Positions 10,863 through 24,500 of a stretch of 64,000 bases of DNA are shown piece by piece. Where the stretch lies: the NCBI RefSeq assembly GCF_964355755.1, contig NC_092676.1, forward strand, positions 21,532,871-21,596,870, read 5' to 3'. Source of the stretch: Antedon mediterranea (lineage: Eukaryota; Animalia; Echinodermata). Each line of letters starts with the position of its first letter. Position 1 is the first letter of the stretch. The notes beneath the pieces were generated by a model. The model was given only the letters and a program-made list of their open reading frames with translations, ran no database searches and was not told the origin of the DNA. Both the position numbers and the translations under genes were made by a program.

Positions 10863-12234
10863 TCATGTAGGATATAAACTATGTTATTATTAAAGGACCT
10901 TTTGACTTACTGTTTTTTATAAAAATAAATATTCAATACATTGTATATAACGATTACGATTAGTTGCTGTTATATTGTGTTTAACTATAATTTAAACATA
11001 ACATATACATACTCTATTACTTTCATGTAGTTTTCAACGAAAACAATTATTTTTAAACCTACTTTGTGATAGAGTTGAAACATTTGTTTCGTGTATATGT
11101 ATGAGTTCCAGGGAACTATAATAAAAAAAAATGTAATGAAACAACGTCACAAACTGTATGACGTCATTTGAATGAGATCTTAAAATTCTTGTAAGTGAAT
11201 TGTAACGTCAAAAAGTGCAATGTTTGTTTAATTTTTTTTAATAATGATGAATGAGCATGACTATTGTGTTGATTATATCTTTTATAATGATAATATTTGT
11301 ATAGCAATAAAGACATTTTAACATATTTAAAGTAACAATGACAATGATGAAATTACCATAGTCACTCTTTACACAATATACTCACTGGAATGATGCATTT
11401 CAATACATCATAGTTATCTAATTGAACCAACATTGGATAGCAACAAGATTATCTAATTATTTTAGGAAAAAGGGCAACAGAAAATGTATTGCTTAGATTT
11501 AAATGTAACTGTATATGTTGTCTTTTCTTTTGTGTGGCGAAAGTAAATGATTTAATAAACTACAAAATGACCTATTTTAATTGTTTCTTCTTTAACTTTC
11601 ATATTTGGATGACAAATATTTCTCTAATGTTCGTCATGATGATATTAGTGATAGTGATGTTGCTAATGATATGACTATTGACCATGACACTGACAATTAT
11701 ATTGATGATAGTACTGAAATGATTATAATTATTCATGATAATGACAATATTGTTAATGAGTATTGATAACAACGAATAACAGCGATGATTATGATGTAAT
11801 GATATCCAACTCATCATAAAAAATAATAGTTCTGACGATATTGAAGAAAAACCAATCGGAATGAGTTATGATGATATTAATAATGTTTATTAAGACGGAT
11901 AGTGACGACGTTGATAATTATGTGATAAATAATTTTTTTTAATCCATAACATATTCAAACTCGGGCGATTCTAATGCCTTATGAAGATTATATTAAAATC
12001 TGATTGGACAGCACACAATTTCATTTGGTCACATAATTGAACAGCTGGTGAGAACAGAAATATATAATTTCTAGCGTTAAATGTCGGTTGGATACAATAT
12101 TAAATGTCGGTCATTGATGATTACTCAATGGTGGCTTAAGATGTCAAGACATGACAAGAGACTACTCGCTTCTGAAAACTATTGACGCTCAAATCAAATC
12201 ATCTCCTGCAAAATCACAAGCGTAGGCAGGGTTA

Positions 12235-12506
12235 AGCCGATTTTCCACTAGGCGGAAACCGTCAGCTAATACGCATGTGTAGAGAAGAATTTGGAAGATG
12301 GAAACATAAATACGCATGTGCATAAGCTGGCGCTTTCGATTCGCGCTAACAAATTCGTCTAGTGGAAAATAGGCTTGAAGCCGATTTTCCACTAGGCGAA
12401 TTTGTTCGCGCGAATCGAAACCGTCAGCTTATACGCATGCGTAGAGAAGGAATTGGAAGGCGAAAACACCAATACGCATGTGCATTCGCCTAGTGGAAAA
12501 AAGGCT
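12235..12506. mobile_element. Two adjacent short MITEs (12235..12375 and 12379..12506), same family as 58027..58400
   Basis: TIR AGCCGATTTTCCACTAGGCG at each left end, CTAGTGGAAAA..GGCT at each right end, 3-bp spacer between them. Confidence 0.75.
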
Positions 12507-15056
12507 TAAAAGATTAGTGTTAGGATTCAAGTTAGTGTTTAGGGTCTTTCCGTGAGCATGCTCCTGTACGCTATCCGCCCGATCGATATTCGAAATAATG
12601 ACTTATACAACATTATGTAATTAGGGCGACAGATTAATTAGTCCTACTCAGCCGTTTCTCGGATAGCCTATTTTTTTTTTCGTAGAAAAATTATCTAAAT
12701 TATGTATTTATGTTATTTATATTCATCTACCTAAGGCCTAATTGATATGCATGACGCGTGAGAATTAACCAAATTACTAGGAGTCTAATTGCCTCTGAAA
12801 AGATTAATTTCCATGGAGTTGTTTCCTGGTTCGAATCCCGCGAATTCAATCCGATCCGATTGTTCATCAGGATTTCATACCAGAAAGATGTTATTACGCC
12901 ACAAAAGAGAGAACAAAAGATGTTTCTTCTCACGTCGCGTATTACAACATCTCCTCCTACTTCCTTTTCCCCACCGGCTTATTTGGATTATTGACTTCTG
13001 AATTGAGGCCTAAAAGCAATGAATGTCTTGCATTATATTATTGTTTTCCATCAGTTTTTGCGTTTTATTGTTTTTTTCTGTGGGGTTGGGGGGCGGGGGT
13101 TATCAATTCATACTTATACACTGTAAAACATAATTCGGATTTTACACCATATTTTCGTGTAAATTTGTTTCCTCCTTGGAGTAAACTCTCCTTTTCCTTC
13201 AATTTGGGTGTAAGTTTTTAGGATTGTGAGTACTCAACAGTGGGAAACTATAATGTTCCCTTCTTTTGAGGTAATCTAATAAAGTTACACATTCGGCATG
13301 GGTAAAGTCCGACGGTTACACTACGAAAGGGGTAAGCTTTCCCCGGAAAAGTTTCCCCCAATTTCGCGAGAATTGTATTACCCTGGATTCGCAAGTAAGT
13401 GCGGAGGATCAAGCATGCGATATGACGACTGTCGCGTGGAACAAGTCCATATTTTTAATAATTATTTTATTTTGCATATAAGACCTATTTTTGTATCAGA
13501 AAAGCTTACTGTTTAATATACAGCTGAAGTAGATGTTATCAGTCACGGACTAAAAGATGAAAAAAATAAGGTAAGCTTAAAAAGTAGGCCCTAGGCCTAG
13601 GGCCTAGTTAAGTTTAGTTCACTGCTCTATGTATGCGCCCAGTGCACGAGGGTACTATGAAGTGTAATCAGCCTCGCCTAGTAGGCTTGGTCTAGGCCTG
13701 ATGACTTTTACACATTGCTTAGCATAAATTTCCGTATGAATACATTGTTTTTATAGTTATTTATTATTATTGTATGCCTAAAATGTAGCCGACATGAACT
13801 AGGTTGCTAGTTGATTATCTTTGATTTAAATTGTATCTTACAGGTGACGGTTCAAGTAATTTAATTGAAGAATGTTTAAAACAAATGGCCAGTTCATTTT
13901 ACTGCAGACCACGTTAATTTCTTTGTTTTTTTATGCAAGTAGGCCTAATACATTTTCATTAAAAATAAAAGATTTGAAATAATATTTTAGAATAGAATAG
14001 TACAGGGTAGGCCATATTTAATAAACATTTTTGTTAGTTTGAATCAATTTTGTACCTCTGTAAATTTATGTTTAATTTTGATCAATAAAAAATCATATGT
14101 GATTTCTTAAATATATTTTTCTATTTTGTTTCTGTTTTTGAGGAAAACTAACTTATAAACCGACATTTTGGTGTAACCAGATTACCCAAAATAGTTGGTT
14201 GCTACTTTGCTGCCACAAAAAACTGGTGTAAAAAAACATTTCATTAAAAGTTAGGTATTGTAACCCGAAATAGCCGGGTAAACTTAGTTATGGTGAAATC
14301 GCCTTCGTCGGTTAATAGTTGTTCTTTCCCACGTCTTAATCGGTGTCAATATCCGTTATGACATGCGCATAGATATATTCCTTATACTATAGTAGCCTAC
14401 CCACGCAGATCACCTCGAATATTTTTTCTTAACATAATAGGACACAGCTGATTTATGAGCCTTTACCGATGTGTACAGTAATTGTTTGCATTTAACACAA
14501 AATCGGCGAACTTACTTAAATTGCATGAAATTACAAACCTCATTATTTCGATCTCTGTTGTGATGAAATGCTGTTGTGTTGGCTTAAATTACTTGGTATT
14601 TTTCGAGAAAAAAAAAGTGTACTTTGCTTCTGAGTCTTCCGAGTATCTTTAACATACGATGAAACTGTTTCGATAGAACTTTAACAAATTGTGTTCTTGT
14701 ATCGGAAGTGTTTTATAGTTTGTTATGCACCGAGATTCGTTTTATTATTGTCCGTTTTTAAATTAAAGAAAACCCTGCTTTAACTAGGATCACATAGATA
14801 AATTTTCACACAGTAGGACATGCGCTGTCGAGAAATATCTGATTCGTTGGAATCTAGAAAACTACCGAGCACAGTCATCGTTAATTACTGGATCCTGTGA
14901 ATTGTGTGTAAATAGCTACTAACGGTTTGAACATAAGTTGTGAAGATGAGTTTTGTTTTTCTCGATTGGTATTAGATAATATAATTCAGCAGGTAAGCGA
15001 ACTAAAGATTTTGTGATATTGTTTTGGCGATTTTGGGATATTTCCACCATATCAAC

Positions 15057-16067
15057 ATGGAAAATGGAACTGATTATATTAACGCTACAGCTGAATCTGA
15101 TGAATATGGAATTGATCTCGCATTTATTTTATGTTGGTGTGTTTCTGGTGCTGTTGGTGTGATTGGAAACCTAATCATGAGCCTAACTATTCTCTTGAAC
15201 AGGGACCTACGAAATGTGACAAATATCTTGATAGTCAACGCTGCGGTTGGCGATATTGCGTTTATTTTAATTATGCTACCGTTGAATATTTATACTTGGG
15301 TAACGTGGGTATGGCCTTTTGGTGATTTTTTATGCAAACTCACCAATATGGTAACTATGTACTCCATGACTACTTCAGCCTATTCATTTTGCGCTATAAG
15401 TTATGATCGGTATATGGTTGTCACCAAACCGCTTGAACACCGCTCGATTCGTACACGTCGAGTCTCTTGTTACATCATCACCATAGATTTTATCGGATTG
15501 TTATCCGTCATCCCGACTTACTTTATGGCGTATGAAGAGGACAACCAATGCAACTATCTGGATCATGGAACGACAATGGCTCAAATTCATGAAGTAACTG
15601 TATTCATTTGTCTGTATGTAATCCCCTTATTTGTCATTGGCTTCAATTACATACGAATTGCGAAGGTGCTGGTGCTTAGTATACGCCGCCAACTCTGTGA
15701 AAGGTCAAACGCGGCCATAGCTAAGCAACAATCGAAGCGTATACGTTTGACTAAATCACTACTATTGATAATCATTATCTATGGGTTGTGTATGCTTCCG
15801 TATTACATAGCAAACATAGGTCTTCAATTTTTAACAGATGAAATCGCTCTCCAGCGTTTCTACAACATTATTATGATTCCAAGTGTCCTATGCTATGTAT
15901 TAGCGACTCTAGTAAATCCGGTGATGATGTTTGTTTTAAGCCAAAAATACAGACACCACGTGTTGAGATGTAGGCCTACATTTTTTCGACCAAACTTGAT
16001 GAATACACGTGCGAATGGGAGTAACCGTTTGACTTTAACACGAAGAACCACAGGAACTCAATTTTGA
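15057..16067 (+). CDS. Class A GPCR with intronless CDS, 336 aa from ATG 15057; paralog of 8795..9865
   Basis: MENGTDYINAT sequons, GN in TM1, NAAVGD in TM2, WPFGDFLCK, DRY, YVIP, NPV; ECL2 CNYLDHGT resembles CYYLQHGT of the first receptor. Confidence 0.92.
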   Translation: MENGTDYINATAESDEYGIDLAFILCWCVSGAVGVIGNLIMSLTILLNRDLRNVTNILIVNAAVGDIAFILIMLPLNIYTWVTWVWPFGDFLCKLTNMVTMYSMTTSAYSFCAISYDRYMVVTKPLEHRSIRTRRVSCYIITIDFIGLLSVIPTYFMAYEEDNQCNYLDHGTTMAQIHEVTVFICLYVIPLFVIGFNYIRIAKVLVLSIRRQLCERSNAAIAKQQSKRIRLTKSLLLIIIIYGLCMLPYYIANIGLQFLTDEIALQRFYNIIMIPSVLCYVLATLVNPVMMFVLSQKYRHHVLRCRPTFFRPNLMNTRANGSNRLTLTRRTTGTQF

Positions 16068-16134
16068 ATTGCGCACTAAAACCTGGCACTTCGAAGTCAT
16101 ACACTGTACTCAATACCACATAAATGTCCGTTAA

Positions 16135-16437
16135 GTTCTATCTACACCCTTTATGTGACAAAAAAGTGATGATGTGATGTGCACATAAAGCGTGGTTCCC
16201 ACTAGCGACGCAACGCAAGGACGTAACGCAACGCAAGTGAATTGACCAATCACAAGCGATGGCTTATTCGCTTGTGATTGCTAACTGTCTATAACTTTGC
16301 TTGTCATTGGTTAAAACGCTTGCGTTGCGTTTACGTCCTTGCGTTACGTTCTAGTGGGAACCAAGCTTTAATGGACACGGTGACGTCGTATCAATACCAT
16401 ATTTGTCCAAACTGGTTTGATAGTGTAGACAGAGCCT
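16135..16437. mobile_element. Outer MITE (AGTTCTATCTACAC...GTGTAGACAGAGCCT) that hosts a nested MITE
   Basis: Imperfect TIRs with TWA flanks; a related fragment lies at ~55591-55680. Confidence 0.55.
16189..16367. mobile_element. Palindromic Harbinger-type MITE nested in the outer MITE
   Basis: AGCGTGGTTCCCACTAG...CTAGTGGGAACCAAGCT; near-identical copy at 59674..59858. Confidence 0.85.
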
Positions 16438-17159
16438 TAATCAATATTAGCATCATCCCAGCTAACAATTTAACATTTGTTCGGTGTAATATTAGGGATA
16501 TGTGCGTTTAAGTAAATTTTATGAACTATTAAATAGAGTTCTATGTATACGTTTTGAAACGTTTGAAACAACGTAATATTATTAAGATATCATTACAAAT
16601 GTTTGATTAATGAATTAATGAACTTTTTTCTACGATTTCAATCTGATTTTAGTTTAAAAAACGTCCTATTCAAAACCTCGTTTTTACCATTAATATATCT
16701 TCGTATAAGCATCTGAAACTACGTGTTCCATAAAAAAAAAACACCCACAGTTGTCTGCTTTAATTGACTTTTGCTGCTCTAACAAAAAAATGTCAATATT
16801 TTCAAGGTACCCATGAACAATGGGTACAATTCGATTCCTTGATTTTAGATATAAATGGAGATACGAGGTTTTGGAAGAATTGTAATATAATAATCATATA
16901 GTACGCCTAGAATTGGCAAAATTTATACGCTAATAAAGAATGCTGTGCGCCAATAATTCATCGAGATTTAAGTTTTTGTAATATTCAAAACTTGTTAGAG
17001 GAAAAATGGCAAAATCAGCACTGTTGGTCATCTTTCAAGAATTGTCAAAACAATATAGATTATCTGAACTCCTAAAAAAGACCTTTTCCATTTTCCCCTG
17101 AAAAGGAGACACTATCCACACACAGTCGATCATATTGAAGATGAGCCCACTGTTTTTTT

Positions 17160-17662
17160 TTATCTTATGTGGGTTCATCCCACTTTTATTTCCCACTGTT
17201 CTCTTTACATATATTTTTCACTATACACTATACATATCATTATATTTACAATGTTTGTTTAATCATCTGTATAGGCCTACATATACTTATTTAAAGAGTT
17301 TTATTCATTTGTTTACATATTATCACATTGATTACATAGCTTCCTCTTTTTAAACATATTATCTGTAACACATTTTCATTAACAAGCTTATTTTTTTTCT
17401 TACATAGTTGTTTTTGATTTTTTCATCTACCACATTTTCATTTAACAATGCATATTCTCTGTTATACTCATTACTTACTAAATGTTTACTGTTAACATAA
17501 TATTGTTCTCATCCTTTAACATTAATATTAATATGTTTGTTCTTTAATGTTTACAAAACCAGCAGATCCTTTTTTGCATCTATAACTTCTTAAATTTTCA
17601 TTTAACTTTTTTACTTTCTTCTCTTATGTGGATTCATTCCACTTTTTTTTTTTTACTTATTT

Positions 17663-17694
<32 letters not shown>

Positions 17695-18170
17695 CTATTT
17701 CCATATATTATTTTGTTTATACATACCTTATCATTTAACCACATTGATTACATAGTTTCCTCTTTTTATACATATTATCTATAACACATTTTCATTAACA
17801 AAGCTTATTTTTTCTTACATAGTTGTTTTTGTTTTTTTTTCATCTACATGCATATTTATTTCATACAATTATAATACGTTTATGTTTAATAAATCCATCC
17901 CATGGGTTTGTCCCATTATATTTTTCTTTGGATTTATCTATGCAAACATATTTTCATTTAAACAATGCATATTCTCTGTTATACTAATTACTTACTAACT
18001 TTTTACTGTTAACATTATATTTTCCTCATCCTTTAACATTGATTTTTTTGATCTTTAAATGTTTACAAAATTTATTTCCAACAGATTATCCCTTTTTTGC
18101 ATCTACAGTATAACCCATCAAAGTTTCATTTAACTTTTTTTTTCCTATGTGGGTTCATTCAATTATTTTT
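17160..18170. repeat. Degenerate direct duplication of a T-rich ~450-500-bp segment, with a poly(A) run at 17668-17694
   Basis: CACATTGATTACATAG..TTCCTCTTTTTA..CATATTATC block at ~17324 and ~17780; AACAATGCATATTCTCTGTTATACT at ~17444 and ~17961. Confidence 0.6.
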
Positions 18171-18547
18171 TTTTACTTATTATTTATTCTATTATTTTTT
18201 TATACATACATTATCATTTAACAACATTTGTGTTTAATGATCCATTAAAAAAATTAGACATTTTTTTTTTCTTTTTAACCATTTTATCATTTCAAAATTC
18301 CACATGCAGTAAGAATGTGCAAATTACATATATACGGTATATACCTATAATATGAAAGCTTTGATGAAAACACTTCCCCACTTAAACCTAAACCTTCTTA
18401 TCCTTCATCATTTTTTTTTATCATCAATCTATAAAAAGCTTTTCACATTTTGTCTTTTTGTTTTCAAATCATCAAGGTACACATATTTACAAAACATACA
18501 GTATAGTAGCAAGAACAAAAAAAAAACATAATAGATTCATCATTCAT

Positions 18548-21500
18548 TATGGCAAGCCTCAGCTGTCTGAAGTATTCAAAATATTATATTATTATATCAT
18601 TTTCTATTATATTATATATTGTATTGTAATGAATTATACGTTTTGCATTATATTACTTGGTTTTAGCATTATATTATATCTATTTCTAATATATTATGTG
18701 AAAAATGTAACAAATTATTGACTTTTTGTATTATATTATTTTGTTTTAGCATTATATTATGAACATTTAATATTATATTAGTAATAAAATACATTATATT
18801 ATAATATAATTGTATTATATTAAACGCATTTACTTTACTTTATAACATACAACATTATTATATTATACGGATTCGTTAGTTATATTATTATTTTGTATGA
18901 TGTTTATTATACGTCACGGCTTATTTCAGTTCTTCTAACTCTTTCTCTCCCTCCCCCTGTTCACTAGCAATCAGCGGCCGGCAGAATCTGAATTGTGTGA
19001 CTGTTGAAGAATAACTACGTACTAGGCCTAGCCTAGGCCTACTAGGGGATCTAGACAAGTGACCAAGGATCACCGGACAGCTACAAATAATACTACAATA
19101 CAATAATACTACTACAATAACTACTACTGCTACTACCTAGGCCTAGCTAGTGAGTAGTAGGTAGCTACTACTAGGCTCTAGGGCGTATGTATGATGTTAA
19201 CTACTAGGGCCTAGGCTAGGCCTAGAGGCCTACTAGGCTAGGCCTAGACTTAAGTTGTAGTAGGCTAGGGCCGGGCCTGCTGCCTTAGGCTAGGCTACTG
19301 CTACTACTACTACTACTAGGCAGCCCATGATGGGTACGAGTAAGCCAAAATTTTGGATATATGTAAACCAAAATTTGGGTACGAGCGTGTTGGCATGGCA
19401 TGGGTACGGGTTGACCTGTATCCTTCTAATCTAGCTAATCGTACTATGCCTAGGCCTCAAGTAAGTCTACGCTACCCAGTCCGGCTACAATATGGTCTAT
19501 TTTGTTTTATAGCTTTATTGATAGCTGGGTTCAAATCTGTGTTGGGACGGCTTTTTCTCATTCTAAAACAGATTTCCTTATAATAAAATAATATATGAAT
19601 TTATTTGTAATATTGTAATGTATACATAATATAAGTAATTGCCATTGCCTTTATTACTATTAATTATGTATTATACAGTTACCCCTTAATTATACTATAG
19701 TATAATTTCCTTGTTATATTTTACAATATTTTCTTCCTAATTCTAAAATTTTGTCTTTCACAGCACAAATTTATCATACTGAATCATCACACACCAAGTC
19801 TCATAAATCTCTACTGTATTTGTCCAAGCTACTCCAGCTACATGGTATTGCCTTGAGGCTAAACTACACGGTATACTGGCACTACCATCATTCCTGGCTC
19901 GTCAACCTGTACCACATAAGCACAGTTTCAGTTTCAGTTTATTTACCATTTCAATTTCTGAACATAAGAGATGAACAACTTATATGGATGGATAACCGTA
20001 AGAGCGAAGCTCGTTTACCGGTCACCCGTTAGTGCAGTGACATTACAGAAAACATAAAGACAGGACAAAGGTGCAATACTTAACAAGACATGTGAACACT
20101 TGTGTTTGCAACCCCTTGGATAAAATAATATATTTATATAAAGGAGAAAGTTAGATATTATAATATTTCTTTTTGATCATACAATGATATTTTTTAAATT
20201 ACTTCTTAAGAAGTCATACTACTGATTCAAAATAGTGACTTACACCCTGTGGTCAAGGCTTTATTTGCTCTTATGCTTATTTCCTCCAACATACAGAGTA
20301 CATAGGACTTTTTTTATTCATAACTGTTGAATTGTTTCCCAATACATAGTACCTATTGGTATTATATCTAAAAATACAAAGGCGACTAACACAGATAGTT
20401 CCATATATACAGTACTCTTTTATAGATAGATGTATCTCTCCAAACTACTCCCAACTACCTAATCTAATAATAGTACTATTAGCATACTACTATACACTTT
20501 GTAGACAAGAAATAAGTTGTATACACCTACAGGACTTATGGTAGTACAGTCGATCGCACTCTCACTGGCCCGGTCAACATAATCTATACCTAGATTAATA
20601 TTACAGTAATTAAAGTACATTATTACAGAGTTTTGTTTTTTTTGCAGAAATCAAAGTTATGTGTATAGAAAGCAGTACTCGTATTAAAAACTAAGCAGGT
20701 TGCAGGTCTTGAATGCAAACTGGCAGGATATTTTGAATATTTTTTGTTGTTTAAATGATGGAATCCTAACTTCAGTTTCCACGAACTGGAGACGAAGACA
20801 TATTATGACCCTTTTATTTAAATTTATTTGAATAGACCTCCATGTAAAGTCATTAAAGGCTACATGATTGTTTTATATTTTAATATGTGATAGTAGGAAA
20901 TCATTGTGTATAATGAGGACTATGAATCTGATATTTACTTGCATTCTTATCTTTTTAAAATATTATTTATAATGCCGGTAATGAGTTTAAAATTTAATTA
21001 TATTGACTATTTTTGATAATCATCATGTCCTTATAAATTCATTTATACTTTTTTTGTGTAATATAGTTCATATATTATGTATTAAATAAATTGGTAAGGC
21101 CCTATACTGTTATTATTTAAGGAAAGTTTATATACACTATTATTTTATGCCTACCAATATTAGTATTAATTGTTTATGTAAATATTTTGTCTAATTGCCT
21201 TGATTTTTGTATAGGCCAATGGCATCAATGTTTTTCTCAAAGCAAATTAGCCTAATAATGCCACATTTAGACACATGATTCATTGATTTCTGATATTCTG
21301 TACTTGTGTGTATGCATTACTAAAATAGTAGTTAATATATTTCATTTATAATGTATGTATAAACATATATTCATATTTTTTTAAACATTTTTAAATTTAA
21401 AAATTATTACAATACCTATCTACCTTTCTGATATTGTTACTATTATATAATATTCTTTGAGGCAGCAATAAAAAAAAAATTAGAACAATTAATTTGACTT

Positions 21501-24500
21501 ATACTGTACTATGTTAGTTCAGGAGATGAAGTGTGTGTGGGCAGAAACTAGTGTGTTGGAGGTTGGTGGTGTGAGGTGTATAGTAGTCACTTTAAGACCT
21601 AAATTAGATGTTTTCTGAAGAAAAGAAGTAAGCGCATACGCTTTCAAACAACTCCAAGAAGATTCACACAAAAATAATTACTTTCCAATAAAGTAGTATA
21701 ACCAGGGAAGAGTTAACTCTTTCCTGGTATAACAGTGTATATTACAGTACATTGAATAAACTCGAGCGGAATAATAACGCACATAAAAAAACATTCATTT
21801 TCTTTTCGAAAAGTGCCCTCTCTAGTTTTCTATTAATTTATTAATAATTGTTATTAATTAATGAGTAATATGAACATACATATTAACATTTAATGCTGGA
21901 AACTATATCTACTCCTAACAAAGTTTCATATCTCCAAATTTCATTAACGTATTCAAAGCACTTCAATAAATTACATTTAACATTACAAATTCAAGTTTTG
22001 GATATAATTTTGCTTAAAAACATATACAAAAAACATCGATAAAAAATACTTTTCGTATTCAAAAACATTTGATACTTGGTATAAATGTTCAATATAGGTT
22101 GCTCCATCCATATTGCAAACAAAAAATAACTATCAAGCCATATCACTGATTTTTTAAATTTACGTTTTTACAAAATGTACACTTATGAAAGACCATACAA
22201 TTCCCACTCATTTTTTTCAAGCTAATAACTATTTTGAAAAAACAACCAACAAAAAACGTTCATGAATGCAATTTTCTTCTGTGAATAGAGCAACCTATAG
22301 TGAACATTTATACCAAGTATCAAATGTTTTTGAATACGAAAAGTATTTTTTATCGATGGTTTTTGTATATGTTTTTAAGCCAAAGTCTATCCAAAACCCG
22401 AATTTTTATGTTAAATGTGATATTTAATATTGAAGTGCTTTGAATACGTTAATGAAATTTAGAGATATGAAACTTTGTTAGGAGTAGAACCAGCTTCCAG
22501 CATTGAATGTTAAAAATATGTTCATATTACTCATTAATTAATAATAATAATAATATTAATAATAATAAATTAATAGAAAACTAGAGAGGGCACTTTTCGA
22601 AAAGAAAATGAATGTTTTTTTATGTGCGTTATTATTCCGCTCGAGTTTATTCAATGTACTGTAATATACACTGTTATACTACTTTATTGGAAAGTAATTA
22701 TTTTTGTGTGAATCTTCTTGGAGTTGTTTGAAAGCGTATGCGCTTACTTCTTTTCTTCAGAAAACATCTAATTTAGGTCTTAAAGTGACTACTATACACC
22801 TCACACAACCAACCTCCAACACACTAGTTTCTGCCCACACACACTTCATCTCCTGAACTAACATAGTACAGTATAAGTCAAATTAATTGTTCTAATTTTT
22901 TTTTTTATTGCTGCCTCAAAGAATATTATATAATAGTAACAATATCAGAAAGGTAGATAGGTATTGTAATAATTTTTAAATTTAAAAATGTTAAATAAAA
23001 ATATGAATATATGTTTATACATACATTATAAATGAAATATATTAACTACTATTTTAGTAATGCATACACACAAGTACAGAATATCAGAAATCAATGAATC
23101 ATGTGTCTAAATGTGGCATTATTAGGCTAATTTGCTTTGAGAAAAACATTGATGCCATTGGCCTATACAAAAATCAAGGCAATTAGACAAAATATTTACA
23201 TAAACAATTAATACTAATATTGGTAGGCATAAAATAATAGTGTATATAAACTTTCCTTAAATAATAACAGTATAGGGCCTTACCAATTTATTTAATACAT
23301 AATATATGAACTATATTACACATAAAAAGTATAAATGAATTTATAAGGACATGATGATTATCAAAAATAGTCAATATCATTAAATTTTAAACTCATTACC
23401 GGCATTATAAATAATATTTTAAAAAGATAAGAATGCAAGTAAATATCAGATTCATAGTCCTCATTATACACAATGATTTCCTACTATCACATATTAAAAT
23501 ATAAAACAATCATGTAGCCTTTAATGACTTTACATGGAGGTCTATTCAAATAAATTTAAATAAAAGGGTCATAATATGTCTTTGTCTCCAGTTCGTGGAA
23601 ATTGAAGTTAGGATTCTGGACATCATTTCAACAACAAAAAATATTCAAAATATCCTGCCAGTTCGCATTCAAGACCTGCAACCTGCTTAGTTTTTAATAC
23701 GAGTACTGCTTTCTATACACATAACTTTGATTTCTGCAAAAAAAACAAAACTCTGTAATAATGTACTTTAATTACTGTAATAATCTAGGTATAGATTATG
23801 TTGACCGGGCCAGTGAGAGTGCGATCGACTGTACTACCATAAGTCCTGTAGGTGTATACAACTTATTTCTTGTCTACAAAGTGTATAGTAGTATGCTAAT
23901 AGTACTATTATTAGATTAGGTAGTTGGGAGTAGTTTGGAGAGATACATCTATCTATAAAAGAGTACTGTATATATGGAACTATCTGTGTTAGCCGCCTTT
24001 GTATTTTTAGATATAATACCAATAGGTACTATGTATTGGGAAACAATTCAACAGTTATGAATAAAAAAAGTCCTATGTACTCTGTATGTTGGAGGAAATA
24101 AGCATAAGAGCAAATAAAGCCTTGACCACAGGGTGTAAGTCACTATTTTGAATCAGTAGTATGACTTCTTAAGAAGTAATTTAAAAATTATCATTGTATG
24201 ATCAAAAAGAAATATTATAATATCTAACTTTCTCCTTTATATAAATATATTATTTTATCCAAGGGGTTGTAAACACAAGTGTTCACATGTCTTGTTAAGT
24301 ATTGCACCTTTGTCCTGTCTTTATGTTTTCTGTAATGTCACTGCACTAACGGGTGACCGGTAAACGAGCTTCGCTCTTACGGTTATCCATCCATAAGTTG
24401 TTCATCTCTTATGTTCAGAAATTGAAATGGTAAATAAACTGAAACTGAAACTGTGCTTATGTGGTACAAGTTGACGAGCCAGGAATGATGGTAGTGCCAG

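Noticed and set aside
10240-11940. GAT/ATG-rich stretches and associated small ORFs
   Set aside because: Degenerate trinucleotide low-complexity DNA with no coding signal.
13120-14300. Possible CACTG-ended non-autonomous element starting TACACTGTAAAA
   Set aside because: No matching right terminus or TSD found by eye.
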